Shown: one piece after another, positions 1 through 8,557 of the stretch
How the letters are laid out: each line of letters starts with the position of its first letter
Position numbering within the stretch: the stretch's first letter is position 1
Origin: Terrimicrobiaceae bacterium
Lineage (GTDB): Bacteria > Verrucomicrobiota > Verrucomicrobiia > Chthoniobacterales > Terrimicrobiaceae
DNA: 28,610 bases
Assembly: GCA_041752695.1 (NCBI GenBank)
Contig: JBGSVZ010000069.1
Span: forward strand, 1-28,610
Reading direction: 5' to 3'
Translations under genes and position numbers: made by a program
The notes under the pieces: generated by a model
What the model was told of the DNA's origin: nothing
The model's input: the letters and a program-made list of their open reading frames with translations, nothing else
Databases searched by the model: none

Positions 1-56
1 TCCAGCGCCACTCGGGCTTTGAACTCCGGCTCGTGTCTTCTGCGTTTTCCTTTCAT
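1..56 (-). CDS. IS3-family transposase OrfA, N-terminal fragment (truncated by window edge)
   Basis: Hand translation from ATG at 56: MKGKRRRHEPEFKARVAL, matching the R-x-[HYF]-[ST/E]-x-E-F-K-x-x-V pattern of HTH_Tnp_1 OrfA. Not in the ORF track. Confidence 0.85.
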   Translation of the reverse strand, partial: MKGKRRRHEPEFKARVAL

Positions 57-139
57 CGGCTTTTTCCTTGTATCCCTCCCTCCCGATTCCCGCAAAATCT
101 ATAGCTTAACCACTGGTCCGATTTTTGGGGTCCACCTCA
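1..139 (-). mobile_element. IS3-family insertion sequence, left end (IRL plus start of orfA), running off the window
   Basis: Minus strand from 139 reads TGAGGTGGACCCCAAAAATCGGACCAG (5'-TG terminus typical of IS3 IRs), followed by an AAGGA RBS-like site and a transposase orfA start at 56. Confidence 0.85.
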
Positions 140-463
140 AAACTTGCCGGTCTTATCCCAAGAGAGTCATTCGAACTCTATCAGCTAACAGGGCAATTCG
201 TCGAAAAAAGCAATCGAAGCAGAGTGACGTACTTGCTTCGTAAAGGCCGACCGACAATAGCAATGCGCGAGGAAGAAGAATCTGCCTATTGGCTTTGCGC
301 CCTTTGCCTCCATCCAATTGGCTATTACGCTGACACTTGGGCAGGAGTGATGAGCCCGACCGACGAGGTAATCGCGCATCTGTTGATGATGCGTGGTTCG
401 GAGGAAAAGTTCTGGGCCAACGCAAATCAGCATCCACTTTACCATCCAGCTGCTGGGCTTTAG
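140..463 (+). pseudogene. 3' remnant of a hypothetical-protein gene interrupted by the IS
   Basis: The open frame begins exactly at the IS boundary (KLAGLIPRESFELYQLTGQF...LCALCLHPIGYYADTWAGVMSPTDEVIAHLLMMRG...NQHP) and looks protein-like. The track's TTG start at 125 lies inside the IR. Confidence 0.6.
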
Positions 464-992
464 GTGATAGTTCTGGATGCCGGGTTCGGCGCCACCCCTC
501 ACCATTGAACCGAGGCAAGCCCGTCGCGAAACTCGCATCTCGGGACAGGCTCCCACGATTCAAAACGTGTTCACGAGTCTACGTTGAAACGGAGAGTTGG
601 GAGAGTTTCGGATCTGTTCCGCCCGAGAATCGCGTGAAAATTGCGGCTTCCAGGATTCTCCCCGCAATGGGATATCTACGCCTCTTACGCATCATGTTGA
701 CAGCCGCGTCGCCCGTATCCTGTGCCTGTGGCTATTTCGGATATCCGGCACGGGAAGGTCGCACTCCCAGATCAAACCCACACTGCAAACTCGACAGCAC
801 AGGACAGGATCTCCAACGGGTTTGATTGGGACACACGTTTCAGAATCGCCCGGGCTCTTCAAGGCGGTGTCCGGAGATTTCTCGGTCCGTTTATAGAGCT
901 TCGCCACGTCGTCCCTTCTGGAGAATCGACTGCCAAGGACCAGACCAATTGTCGCCGAAGATGATTCGCAGCCTTGGTTATGCACGATGCCA

Positions 993-1922
993 TTAGTTTC
1001 TGGATAGAGAGAAGAGATCATCTGCCAAGGTTTCTATCCGTGTGAGGTGGGCAAGGCGGTCGAGCCATTGGGAGGGAATTCCGCTTTTTCCGTAGTAGGC
1101 GCCGGCCAATTGGCCGTAGATCGCCGCCGTAGTATCTGCGTCATCGCCAAGGTTGGCGGCCAGGAGGCATCCCGAGCGGAAGTCGTCGCTTGACGAAAAA
1201 GCCCATAGCGCCGCTTCGAGACTATGCACCGCATAGCCGGTGCCACGAATTTCCGGGGGCATCTTCCTTTTGAAGGAGCCATGAGCGATTTCGGCAATTT
1301 CCGGAGAAAGTGATTTATCGGTCCATGGTGTTCCAGCCGGAGAATATCCGGGCGAAAGGAGGGTCTCCTTGTTGGCACCGTGAATCGCCCCGAAGAGCAG
1401 TCCGCCGAAATACCGGCATGCGTCGATGCAGGCTGTTGTGCCGTGGGTAGTTCTGGAGCTTTCGCCAGAGTGGTTGATCGCTGCAACGGCGTCGTGAGCG
1501 TAAAACATGGGAACGGGTGCCAGTCTCATGAGGGAGCCGTTGCCAGCGGCGTAGGTATCGGAGGACCCGGAGTCGGGTTTCCCGGTCATGCGGAAGGTTC
1601 GCAGGGCGGCGCGTACGGTGTTCCCGATGTCAAAGCAGAATCCGTTGCTGCTCATATAGCCTTCCGAGGACCAACGACAGTAGCGTTCGAGTTGATCGAT
1701 GGGATCGAATGTTTGTTTTTCCACGAGGCTGGCAGCGAGGCATAGGGCCATGGAGGTATCGTCGGTCCACTCTCCGGGCTTCAGATTGAAAGGACCTCCT
1801 CCCACCATGTCGGTGATGGGCTGAAAGGATCCCGGAGCCTTGAATTCCAGAGTGGTGCCCAAGGCATCGCCAACGGCGAGCCCGAGCAGGCATCCAGAGA
1901 AGCGGTCATCAAAACTACTCAT
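993..1922 (-). CDS. ADP-ribosylglycohydrolase (DraG/ARH family)
   Basis: [23 protein letters not shown] and GDDADT metal-binding motifs. Start placed at ATG 1922, overlapping the stop of the upstream phosphatase. Confidence 0.93.
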   Translation of the reverse strand: MSSFDDRFSGCLLGLAVGDALGTTLEFKAPGSFQPITDMVGGGPFNLKPGEWTDDTSMALCLAASLVEKQTFDPIDQLERYCRWSSEGYMSSNGFCFDIGNTVRAALRTFRMTGKPDSGSSDTYAAGNGSLMRLAPVPMFYAHDAVAAINHSGESSRTTHGTTACIDACRYFGGLLFGAIHGANKETLLSPGYSPAGTPWTDKSLSPEIAEIAHGSFKRKMPPEIRGTGYAVHSLEAALWAFSSSDDFRSGCLLAANLGDDADTTAAIYGQLAGAYYGKSGIPSQWLDRLAHLTRIETLADDLFSLSRN

Positions 1923-2463
1923 GCCCTGGTCTCCAGTTGGTGACAAACGCGCTCTGTTCCTCTGTTTGCGGGGTGGGCCAGAAGAATTCGGAGGCGTGGG
2001 AGGTCAGTTGGCGCAATTTTTCGATAACGGATTGGGGTGTTTCCAGACGGTGACGGATCATTAAACATCCGACGACGGTGGCGGTTCGCCCCTTTCCACC
2101 CCAGCAATGCACATAGACGGTGCCGCCGGCAGAGATCTCCCGCTCGATCGTATCGAGGATCGTCTCCATCTGGCCGGGGGTGGGAATGGACTGATCGCGA
2201 ATCGGAAATCTTTGGACCACAATGGATCGCCCGATTTCTTTGGCGGATTGATGGAGTTGTGGCGCGTAGTCGAAAAATGGCTTTCCGGCGTGGTCGCATT
2301 CGCTTTCTTCCATGAGGCTGACGACGACCGTGACGCCAGCGTGGACGAGGCTTTTCAGCTTCTGATCCATTCTGGCGGGGTCGAGGTCCCCGGGATAACA
2401 TCCGGCCAGAAGTTTTCCGGGGATGGCCCAGTAAGAGCGGTGAAAGGGGCGTTGGGCATGCAT
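1915..2463 (-). CDS. Cys-dependent (PTP/dual-specificity-like) phosphatase
   Basis: [10 protein letters not shown] = HCX5R P-loop, FPIRD general-acid loop, terminal PQTEEQ motif. Confidence 0.9.
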   Translation of the reverse strand: MHAQRPFHRSYWAIPGKLLAGCYPGDLDPARMDQKLKSLVHAGVTVVVSLMEESECDHAGKPFFDYAPQLHQSAKEIGRSIVVQRFPIRDQSIPTPGQMETILDTIEREISAGGTVYVHCWGGKGRTATVVGCLMIRHRLETPQSVIEKLRQLTSHASEFFWPTPQTEEQSAFVTNWRPGHE

Positions 2464-2468
2464 AAATT

Positions 2469-3497
2469 TCAGAAGGGCGCGAGTCGGCGAAAGCCGTGGA
2501 GGAGGACGACTGCAAGGAAGAAGGCGTTGCGAACGGGAACGAGAAGCCAGCAGAAGAGCGGGGGGAGGGTATTGGCTTCGAGGGTCTGTCCGAGGCGACG
2601 AAGATAGTTCTTGGAAACAGGGTAATCACGAATCGGCTCGATCCATTCGAGAGGAATGGGACTGCTGATCGCGGCGAGTGCACCCGTGATCGCTCCGACC
2701 GTGTCGGTGTCGCCTCCGCAATTTAAGACCGCCTCGATGCTCGCGCGAAAATCTCCGAAATGGCGCAGCCAGGCGTAGAGGGCGACTGGGACAGAATGAT
2801 AGGCGTATCCGGTGACTCCGCGTTCCAAGCCCAACTGGCTGGCAAATTCGGCTACCGATCCACCGGTTTCCAATGTGAGGAAAATGGTTTCAAGGATTTT
2901 CTCCCATTCGGGATCCTCTGATCCGGTGTCGCTCCAGAGGCTGCGAATGGCGGAGAGGTCTTTCGCGGGCGAATGATCTGACGTGGTGGCCCAGGCGGCT
3001 GTGGCTGCCACGGCCATTGCCGCGACCTCGGCCTTCGGGTCGGTATGGGTCAGGCGGGAGGAGGCACGGACATAGTCCTTCAGTTTTTTGGGATCCTCGG
3101 CGAAATAGGCCCCGATGATGGCACTGCGCATCGCGGGGCCGTTTCCTGCAGAAAAAACACCACTGCGCGAAGGAGGAAAGCCCAGCCAGAGTTTGATGAT
3201 GGCACGCAGGGTTGCAAAGCCGATGCCTGCGGGCAGGCCGAGCAACCAAAGCCGAAGTTTCCAAGCCAGCTTGCGTTGAAAAATTTCCGAGTCGTCCGGA
3301 GATTCTGCCAGACACTGCGCGACGAAAACGGTGTGTTCGGTGTCGTCGCTCACCATCCCGTGCCCGAAAACGAACCGATGCCGCCATGGCCCTGGCCAGC
3401 GCCTTTTGATTCTCTGCGCGGAAAGCCCCTCGGCCGGAAGTCCCAGGCTGTCGCCGACGGCCGTGCCGAGGAGAACATCTTCCAGCGGAGTTTTCAT
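2469..3497 (-). CDS. ADP-ribosylglycohydrolase, second subfamily with hydrophobic C-terminus
   Basis: GTAVGDSLG, SDDTE, AGNG and GGDTDT motifs. Start at ATG 3497 (MKTPLED) gives an ATGA overlap with the Nudix stop. Confidence 0.9.
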   Translation of the reverse strand: MKTPLEDVLLGTAVGDSLGLPAEGLSAQRIKRRWPGPWRHRFVFGHGMVSDDTEHTVFVAQCLAESPDDSEIFQRKLAWKLRLWLLGLPAGIGFATLRAIIKLWLGFPPSRSGVFSAGNGPAMRSAIIGAYFAEDPKKLKDYVRASSRLTHTDPKAEVAAMAVAATAAWATTSDHSPAKDLSAIRSLWSDTGSEDPEWEKILETIFLTLETGGSVAEFASQLGLERGVTGYAYHSVPVALYAWLRHFGDFRASIEAVLNCGGDTDTVGAITGALAAISSPIPLEWIEPIRDYPVSKNYLRRLGQTLEANTLPPLFCWLLVPVRNAFFLAVVLLHGFRRLAPF

Positions 3498-4231
3498 CGC
3501 GGATTTGCCAATCCTTCGAAATAGAGAGCCGTATAAACCTTGTAGTCCACGGCGCATCCTTCCCGGCGTTTTTCCTCCAGCCAGCTATGCACTGCATCGA
3601 GCGGCACATCATGAACGATGATCTCCTCCGAGATGTCACCGCCCCCTGCGGCGACTTTGCGGAGACCGCGCGCCTGGAAGAAGGTGATCACCTCCGTGGA
3701 AAGCCCTGCGGAAGCAGGCCCTTCCGTGAGATATACCATCTCCCGGGCTTCGTAGCCGGTTTCCTCAAGGAGTTCCCGCCGTGCTGCCTCAGCCAAAGCC
3801 TCGTTTTCGGCGCCTTCCAAGTCTCCGGCAAGGCCCGCCGGTATTTCGATGACCCGTTTGTCCAGAGCCGGGCGATACTGCTCGACCAACAGGAGTTTTC
3901 GGTCCTCGGTGACGGCAAGGATTCCGACAATTCCGGAAACCTTCCTGCGCTCGACGTATTCCCATCCGTTCCTCTGTTTCAAAAGGAGATGCTTGCCCTC
4001 CGCGATCACTTCGTCCGTCTTCGCCTGTTCACCAATGGCGGCGAGCATCCTGCGAGCCCAGACACGGTCCAGTTCCTTTTCCCCCTCGGTTAATTCGAGG
4101 TAGGATGTCTCCATTTGCCGGCGCCAACGGATTGTGTTGTCTGGTGTTTGCTGTTCCAAAAAATGCCGCGCCCAAGCGGCCCATTGCTCATGTTCGATAC
4201 TGGCCAGACGTTCGAGTAAGTCGGTGTTCAT
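3494..4231 (-). CDS. Nudix hydrolase (ADP-ribose pyrophosphatase-like) with N-terminal RyR-like helical domain
   Basis: LLLVEQYRP, EIPAG and AARRELLEETGY Nudix box. The first ~68 aa carry EHEQW...SYLELTEGEKELDR. Confidence 0.85.
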   Translation of the reverse strand: MNTDLLERLASIEHEQWAAWARHFLEQQTPDNTIRWRRQMETSYLELTEGEKELDRVWARRMLAAIGEQAKTDEVIAEGKHLLLKQRNGWEYVERRKVSGIVGILAVTEDRKLLLVEQYRPALDKRVIEIPAGLAGDLEGAENEALAEAARRELLEETGYEAREMVYLTEGPASAGLSTEVITFFQARGLRKVAAGGGDISEEIIVHDVPLDAVHSWLEEKRREGCAVDYKVYTALYFEGLANPR

Positions 4232-4665
4232 GGATGATCCCCCCAGGCTGCGGGCATTTTCCGATTCTCATCGATCTCGATGTCGCAAGCTTCACCCCGG
4301 AAGAATTCCAGAACCCGAATACCGCCCACGATCTGACGGTTGAAATCTGTAAGGTCGTCCGCGGGCACCCAGATTTCGGCGTGTTCCTTTCCACCGACGA
4401 TCTGCGTTTCGAATTTATCCAGATATTGGCTGCTGACCGCGAATTCTAAAACGAACCCAATGTTTCCCGAGAAAGCATCCCTAGCGTTCCAGTCCCGGGC
4501 GATTTGCCGGGCATAGTCGCGATTCAAGACCGGATAGAAAATGGGCTGGTCGGGCAATCGTGGATAAAATGCGGTCATGCCGGATTCATGGATCAATCTG
4601 AGTTCGTTGAACCCGACCGGGCGATAGAGAGTTCTTGTTGCGGTCGTATCGCGCGCGTTGCTCAT
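4228..4665 (-). CDS. Conserved small protein (family often labelled 'ADP-ribosylation/crystallin J1'); putative ART fold
   Basis: LYRPVG-x2-EL, PRLPDQPIFYPVLN, YARQIARDWN and EIWVPA motifs. ATGA-coupled to both neighbours. Confidence 0.75.
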   Translation of the reverse strand: MSNARDTTATRTLYRPVGFNELRLIHESGMTAFYPRLPDQPIFYPVLNRDYARQIARDWNARDAFSGNIGFVLEFAVSSQYLDKFETQIVGGKEHAEIWVPADDLTDFNRQIVGGIRVLEFFRGEACDIEIDENRKMPAAWGDHP

Positions 4666-5210
4666 GGATTTGCTTTGGTGATGAATTCGGGCGGGACTTG
4701 ATCAACGAGCCACACTCCATTCTCCGAGACGAAAAATTGGTGGCCTTTGGCCCGCATTGCGGCTGCCGCAATCTCAAGAATCACAGGTTGGCCGCGGCGC
4801 TGTCCTACCTTGGTGGCAGTTTCAAGATCAGGCGAGAGATGCACATGGTGCCGCTGACCTTTGAGAAGGCCGTTTTCGAAAATCGACGCGAGGAATTTAT
4901 CCACCGTTCCATGAAAAAGTTTTTCTGGAGGAATCTGCGGTTGCAGCGCGAGATCCACTTCTACCGAATGCCCCTGGTTGGCCCGGATGCGCAGTCCATC
5001 CTCGCTAAGGGCAAATCGCTGCTTGTCGCTTTCTCGCACCAAGCGTTCGAGAGTAGTGCGGTCCAACGGTCTTCCGTGCTCGGCCATGGCTTCGAGCAGA
5101 ACCTCGATATCTATCCAGCCATTGGCGTCGAGCACGACGCCTATGTTCTCGGGTTTGTGTCGGAGAACCAGACTCAGGAATTTGCTTTCGCTGACGTCTG
5201 TCTTGCTCAT
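4662..5210 (-). CDS. kptA: RNA 2'-phosphotransferase Tpt1/KptA
   Basis: SKFLSLVLRH, DKQRF, IRANQGHS, LFHGT and RHHVHLS signature motifs. Confidence 0.96.
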   Translation of the reverse strand: MSKTDVSESKFLSLVLRHKPENIGVVLDANGWIDIEVLLEAMAEHGRPLDRTTLERLVRESDKQRFALSEDGLRIRANQGHSVEVDLALQPQIPPEKLFHGTVDKFLASIFENGLLKGQRHHVHLSPDLETATKVGQRRGQPVILEIAAAAMRAKGHQFFVSENGVWLVDQVPPEFITKANP

Positions 5211-5875
5211 CTCAAACTTCCTTCAAAAGCGTTTCCTTCGGCCTTTGAAACTCCAAGATGTTTGGCGACTGCGGCGTTGCCGACAGGATACACTTCCTCA
5301 TAGGGAGTCAGTAGGTCGCCGATTCTATTTTCGGCCAGAAGGTCTCTTCCCTCTCTGACAAAGGCCGAGACATCCTCAATCGCGAGGATCCAATCCCGGC
5401 TGTATGAATTCAATACCTCTCCTGCAAGGCCCAGTTGAATGGCTCGGCGCGTCTGTTTTCTCCCGTAGGGATCATGATCCGGATCCCATTGCAATCGCAC
5501 TGGGGACTCTACCAACCGCCGCTTCCAGTTCTCGTGAGAACCGTAGCTGTCCGTGTTGAAGCTGGAATGAACCGCCGCTTCAAGGATCGTGTCGAAGGCG
5601 GCACGCCGGATTGTGATGGCCAGCACGACTTCTTGATCCGCTTTTTCGCCCCAGCCGCAACGGTACATTATCCAAAGGAAGTTGGTTTTGATCCAACTCA
5701 TGCGCGACAACTTGAACTCGCCGCCGAAGAATTGGTTCTTCGCGGCAAAATGTCCGATGGTCGGACGATATGCCTGATAAACGACAACGCCCTCGTCGTC
5801 GTATTGGGCCAGAATGTGCTGGCCGTCACTCGGCCAGCGTGCGAGCTGGTCTCGATAGTTTTCTTTTCTTAACAT
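5207..5875 (-). CDS. DUF4291 family protein
   Basis: AQYDDEGVVVYQAY, RMSWIKTNFLWIMYRCGW, LQWDPDHDP and RRAIQLGL. Confidence 0.85.
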   Translation of the reverse strand: MLRKENYRDQLARWPSDGQHILAQYDDEGVVVYQAYRPTIGHFAAKNQFFGGEFKLSRMSWIKTNFLWIMYRCGWGEKADQEVVLAITIRRAAFDTILEAAVHSSFNTDSYGSHENWKRRLVESPVRLQWDPDHDPYGRKQTRRAIQLGLAGEVLNSYSRDWILAIEDVSAFVREGRDLLAENRIGDLLTPYEEVYPVGNAAVAKHLGVSKAEGNAFEGSLR

Positions 5876-5883
5876 AAAAAATT

Positions 5884-7119
5884 TTAATTTTCGTGGAGGT
5901 GCAGTTGCGGGCTTTTGCCGCTGTCGATCCGGATCACCTTGTCGGGATTCTGATACTGGGCCACGAGGTAGCGGGTGAGATCGACCTGCAGTTCCCGCAT
6001 GCGGCCGAAGAATTGAGTCTGTTCCTCGTGGACCGCTGTTTCGTGGTGGATCGTCAGTTCGTTTTGGCGGCGCTGGACCTCCATGGCGAACTCCTCGGCG
6101 TGACGCCGGGTTTCAAGTTCTTGCTTTTGGGTGGCTTCGGCTTGTTGAAGCTGCGCTTCGTGTTTGAGCTGCTTGAGGTGGTTGTCATGCCGGGTTTCGG
6201 CTTCCTCCATTTGCTGGCGTTTGGCAGTGCGTTCCATCTCGCAGGCCAGTTTCATGTCCGCGAGATCTTGGGCCTGCCTTTCGGTCTCGGTTTCGAGGTG
6301 AAGTTTGGTGCGGCATTCAATGGCGCCGTCATGCATCGCTTGCAGTTTGTCGCTCGCATAGTAGCCGCGATAAACCACTTTGTTGATCGTGTAGCCGATC
6401 CTGTCGGCGCGCTGGACGAGTTGCGGATACGTTTCCAATCGGTTGAGCGCATCGGTCTTGCCTTTGAAAGCGTCGAAATCATGGGCTCCGACAAAATCCA
6501 CAGCATCCGCGCTGAGCGCATTGATGAAATCCGCAACGGGGTCATGGGTTTGATCAAGCATCCTTTCGATGTCACTCAGTTCGAAAAACACCATGATCTT
6601 GATGACCAGTAGCGCGTCGTCAGCTGTCCGGACATTTTCGACGTCGAAATACATCTGATCCGGAATGACTCGCAGCTTGGTGAAGCGCAGGGCGCTGGGG
6701 ATTTTGCGGTTTCCGTGTTTCGGGTCGCTTCCATGCCAGCAAAATTCGTGGACCCATTCCTGCGGGGTGGGGACAAAGAGTGCCGGCCCGCGAAGGATGC
6801 GCCGAACCACGTGGGCTTCCTGTTGGCGATACACGACGAGGGCCTCATTGGCGTCGATCTTGGTGGCGCTCGCGATCTCGATGGCGAGGTGGGTCACGGG
6901 ATCAAACCAGATCGCCGTCGGCCCTGGGAGATGTTCGGTGGTGCCGTCTTTTTTACGGACAATGAGAAACTGATCGGGCTCCGCGGCGAAACGGCGCATC
7001 TTTTGCGCTCGTTCCAGGAGGAGGAACAGGCGTTTGGGCCCATCTACGTAGCGGACGCCTCCATCGGCGCCCCAGAGCATGAAACGCTCACCCTGCGGAA
7101 TAACTGTAAAGTTGAACAT
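5884..7119 (-). CDS. Compact major-vault-protein-like (MVP repeats + SPFH/shoulder domain + long coiled helix)
   Basis: Three ~43-aa beta repeats each containing GP, then PDQMYFDVENVRTADDALL (cf. the MVP shoulder PD...TADHARL), then a ~110-aa E/Q/R/K-rich helix. No transmembrane segment is evident. Confidence 0.75.
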   Translation of the reverse strand: MFNFTVIPQGERFMLWGADGGVRYVDGPKRLFLLLERAQKMRRFAAEPDQFLIVRKKDGTTEHLPGPTAIWFDPVTHLAIEIASATKIDANEALVVYRQQEAHVVRRILRGPALFVPTPQEWVHEFCWHGSDPKHGNRKIPSALRFTKLRVIPDQMYFDVENVRTADDALLVIKIMVFFELSDIERMLDQTHDPVADFINALSADAVDFVGAHDFDAFKGKTDALNRLETYPQLVQRADRIGYTINKVVYRGYYASDKLQAMHDGAIECRTKLHLETETERQAQDLADMKLACEMERTAKRQQMEEAETRHDNHLKQLKHEAQLQQAEATQKQELETRRHAEEFAMEVQRRQNELTIHHETAVHEEQTQFFGRMRELQVDLTRYLVAQYQNPDKVIRIDSGKSPQLHLHEN

Positions 7120-7135
7120 GGTCTTGATTCCTTGG

Positions 7136-7792
7136 CTATGCGGTTGGGGTGGGCGCCTTGGCGCGGTTCTGCTTGTCGCGCAAAACGTCCAGCGCGGTGA
7201 GGATCGTCACGCCGGCTTGGCGCATTTCTTCAATGGCACGCTGCTCGTCTCCGGGTTGGAGATTTACCGCGCGGCAGGCGTCGAGGATCAGATGTGTCCG
7301 AAAGCCGAGTCTCTCGGCATCCAGCGCGGTGAACTTCACACAGTAGTCGGTGGCGAGACCGAGAACGTAAACGTCAGTCACGTCCCGGGCCTTGAGGTAG
7401 TCACCCAGTCCGGTGGCATGTTCCCTGCCATTGTCAAAAAAGCCGCTGTAGCTGTCGATGTGCCTAACAGCCCCTTTCTGAAAGACGGCGGCCCATCGGT
7501 TGCGCTGGAGGCCCGGGACAAAATCCGCACCGAAGGTTTCCTGCACGCAATGTGCGGGCCAGAGAATTTGCGGTCGACCGGCGAGTTCTACGACATCCCC
7601 CGGAATGGCGTCCGGATGGTTGTTGGCATGGCTTCCGTGATTTTCGGGATGCCAATCCTGGGTGGCCAGAATGATATCGAAATGTTTCTGGATCTCGTTC
7701 ACGAGGGGGACGATTTCTTCGCCGCCAGGAACCGCGAGCGCTCCGCCAGCCACAAAGTCGTTCTGAAGATCCACGATGATCAGCGCGTTCAT
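7136..7792 (-). CDS. pncA: Nicotinamidase/pyrazinamidase
   Basis: VDLQNDF, QDWHP, WPAHCVQ, FQKG and ATDYCV (D-K-C triad). Confidence 0.96.
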   Translation of the reverse strand: MNALIIVDLQNDFVAGGALAVPGGEEIVPLVNEIQKHFDIILATQDWHPENHGSHANNHPDAIPGDVVELAGRPQILWPAHCVQETFGADFVPGLQRNRWAAVFQKGAVRHIDSYSGFFDNGREHATGLGDYLKARDVTDVYVLGLATDYCVKFTALDAERLGFRTHLILDACRAVNLQPGDEQRAIEEMRQAGVTILTALDVLRDKQNRAKAPTPTA

Positions 7793-8478
7793 AATTCGAA
7801 ATTAAATCCCTTTTTTTTGAGTTGTTTGTATTTGCTCTCGTCGAAGCGATAGAGTCGGGCGGCCCGGTGGGCGACGTCCTGCTCGATCTCGTCGGTTTCG
7901 AGCAGCACGTCCATGGCGAGGATGCGTTTGCGGAAGTTCCTTTTGTCGAGCGGGGTTTCCAGGATGGTTTCGTAGAGGTGTTGGAGCTGGGTGAGGGTGA
8001 ATTTCGGCGGGAGCAGTTCGAAGCCGAGCGGTTCGTACTGCACTTTGCTTTTCAGGCGTTGGAGAGCCACTTCGACGATCTTCTCGTGATCGAAAGCGAG
8101 TCGGGGCAGGTCGCACACGTCGAACCACGCAGCGTTCCGCGCATCGGTCGCTGCTTTCACGCTATAGCTGCTGAGTTTAACAAGGGCGTAATAGGCGACC
8201 GTTACCACCCGCTCCCTCGGATCGCGGTTGGGCTCGCCGAAGGTGAAGAGCTGTTCGAGATACACCCGGCTCACTCCGGTTTCTTCCTGAAGCTCGCGGC
8301 GGGCGGCCTCCTCTAACGATTCGTCCACTTGAACGAATCCGCCGGGCAGCGCCCACTTGCCGGCAAAAGGCTCCAGGTCGCGCTGAATCAGGAGGATCTT
8401 CAAATCGCCTTCGTCGAAGCCGAAAACCACACAGTCAACAGTGAGTGCGGCCCGGGGATATTCGTAAGTGTGCGCCAT
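7789..8478 (-). CDS. nrtR: Nudix-related transcriptional regulator NrtR
   Basis: [15 protein letters not shown]...[21 protein letters not shown], then a winged-helix [11 protein letters not shown]...DKRNFRK...ARLYRF. Start at ATG 8478, downstream of the promoter. Confidence 0.95.
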   Translation of the reverse strand: MAHTYEYPRAALTVDCVVFGFDEGDLKILLIQRDLEPFAGKWALPGGFVQVDESLEEAARRELQEETGVSRVYLEQLFTFGEPNRDPRERVVTVAYYALVKLSSYSVKAATDARNAAWFDVCDLPRLAFDHEKIVEVALQRLKSKVQYEPLGFELLPPKFTLTQLQHLYETILETPLDKRNFRKRILAMDVLLETDEIEQDVAHRAARLYRFDESKYKQLKKKGFNFEL

Positions 8479-8498
8479 AGGATTTTTGAGTTGGCCGA

Positions 8499-8527
8499 AC
8501 GATAGTGTCAAAACAACACTATGTCAA
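8499..8527 (-). promoter_or_regulatory. sigma70-like promoter of the nrtR unit
   Basis: Minus strand TTGACA (8527-8522), 17-bp spacer, TATCGT (8504-8499). Confidence 0.8.
8502..8522. promoter_or_regulatory. NrtR operator
   Basis: Perfect-arm palindrome ATAGTGT-CAAAACA-ACACTAT with the GT-N7-AC core of NrtR sites, covering the promoter spacer. Confidence 0.9.
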
Positions 8528-8557
8528 GCGGCGAGATTTGCTTCCTCTAAAAATACC

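Noticed and set aside
464..992. Short ORFs 337-825, 597-896, 692-1021 and 722-964 as real genes
   Set aside because: Mutually overlapping with no recognisable domain, apart from the short comM-like peptide reported separately.
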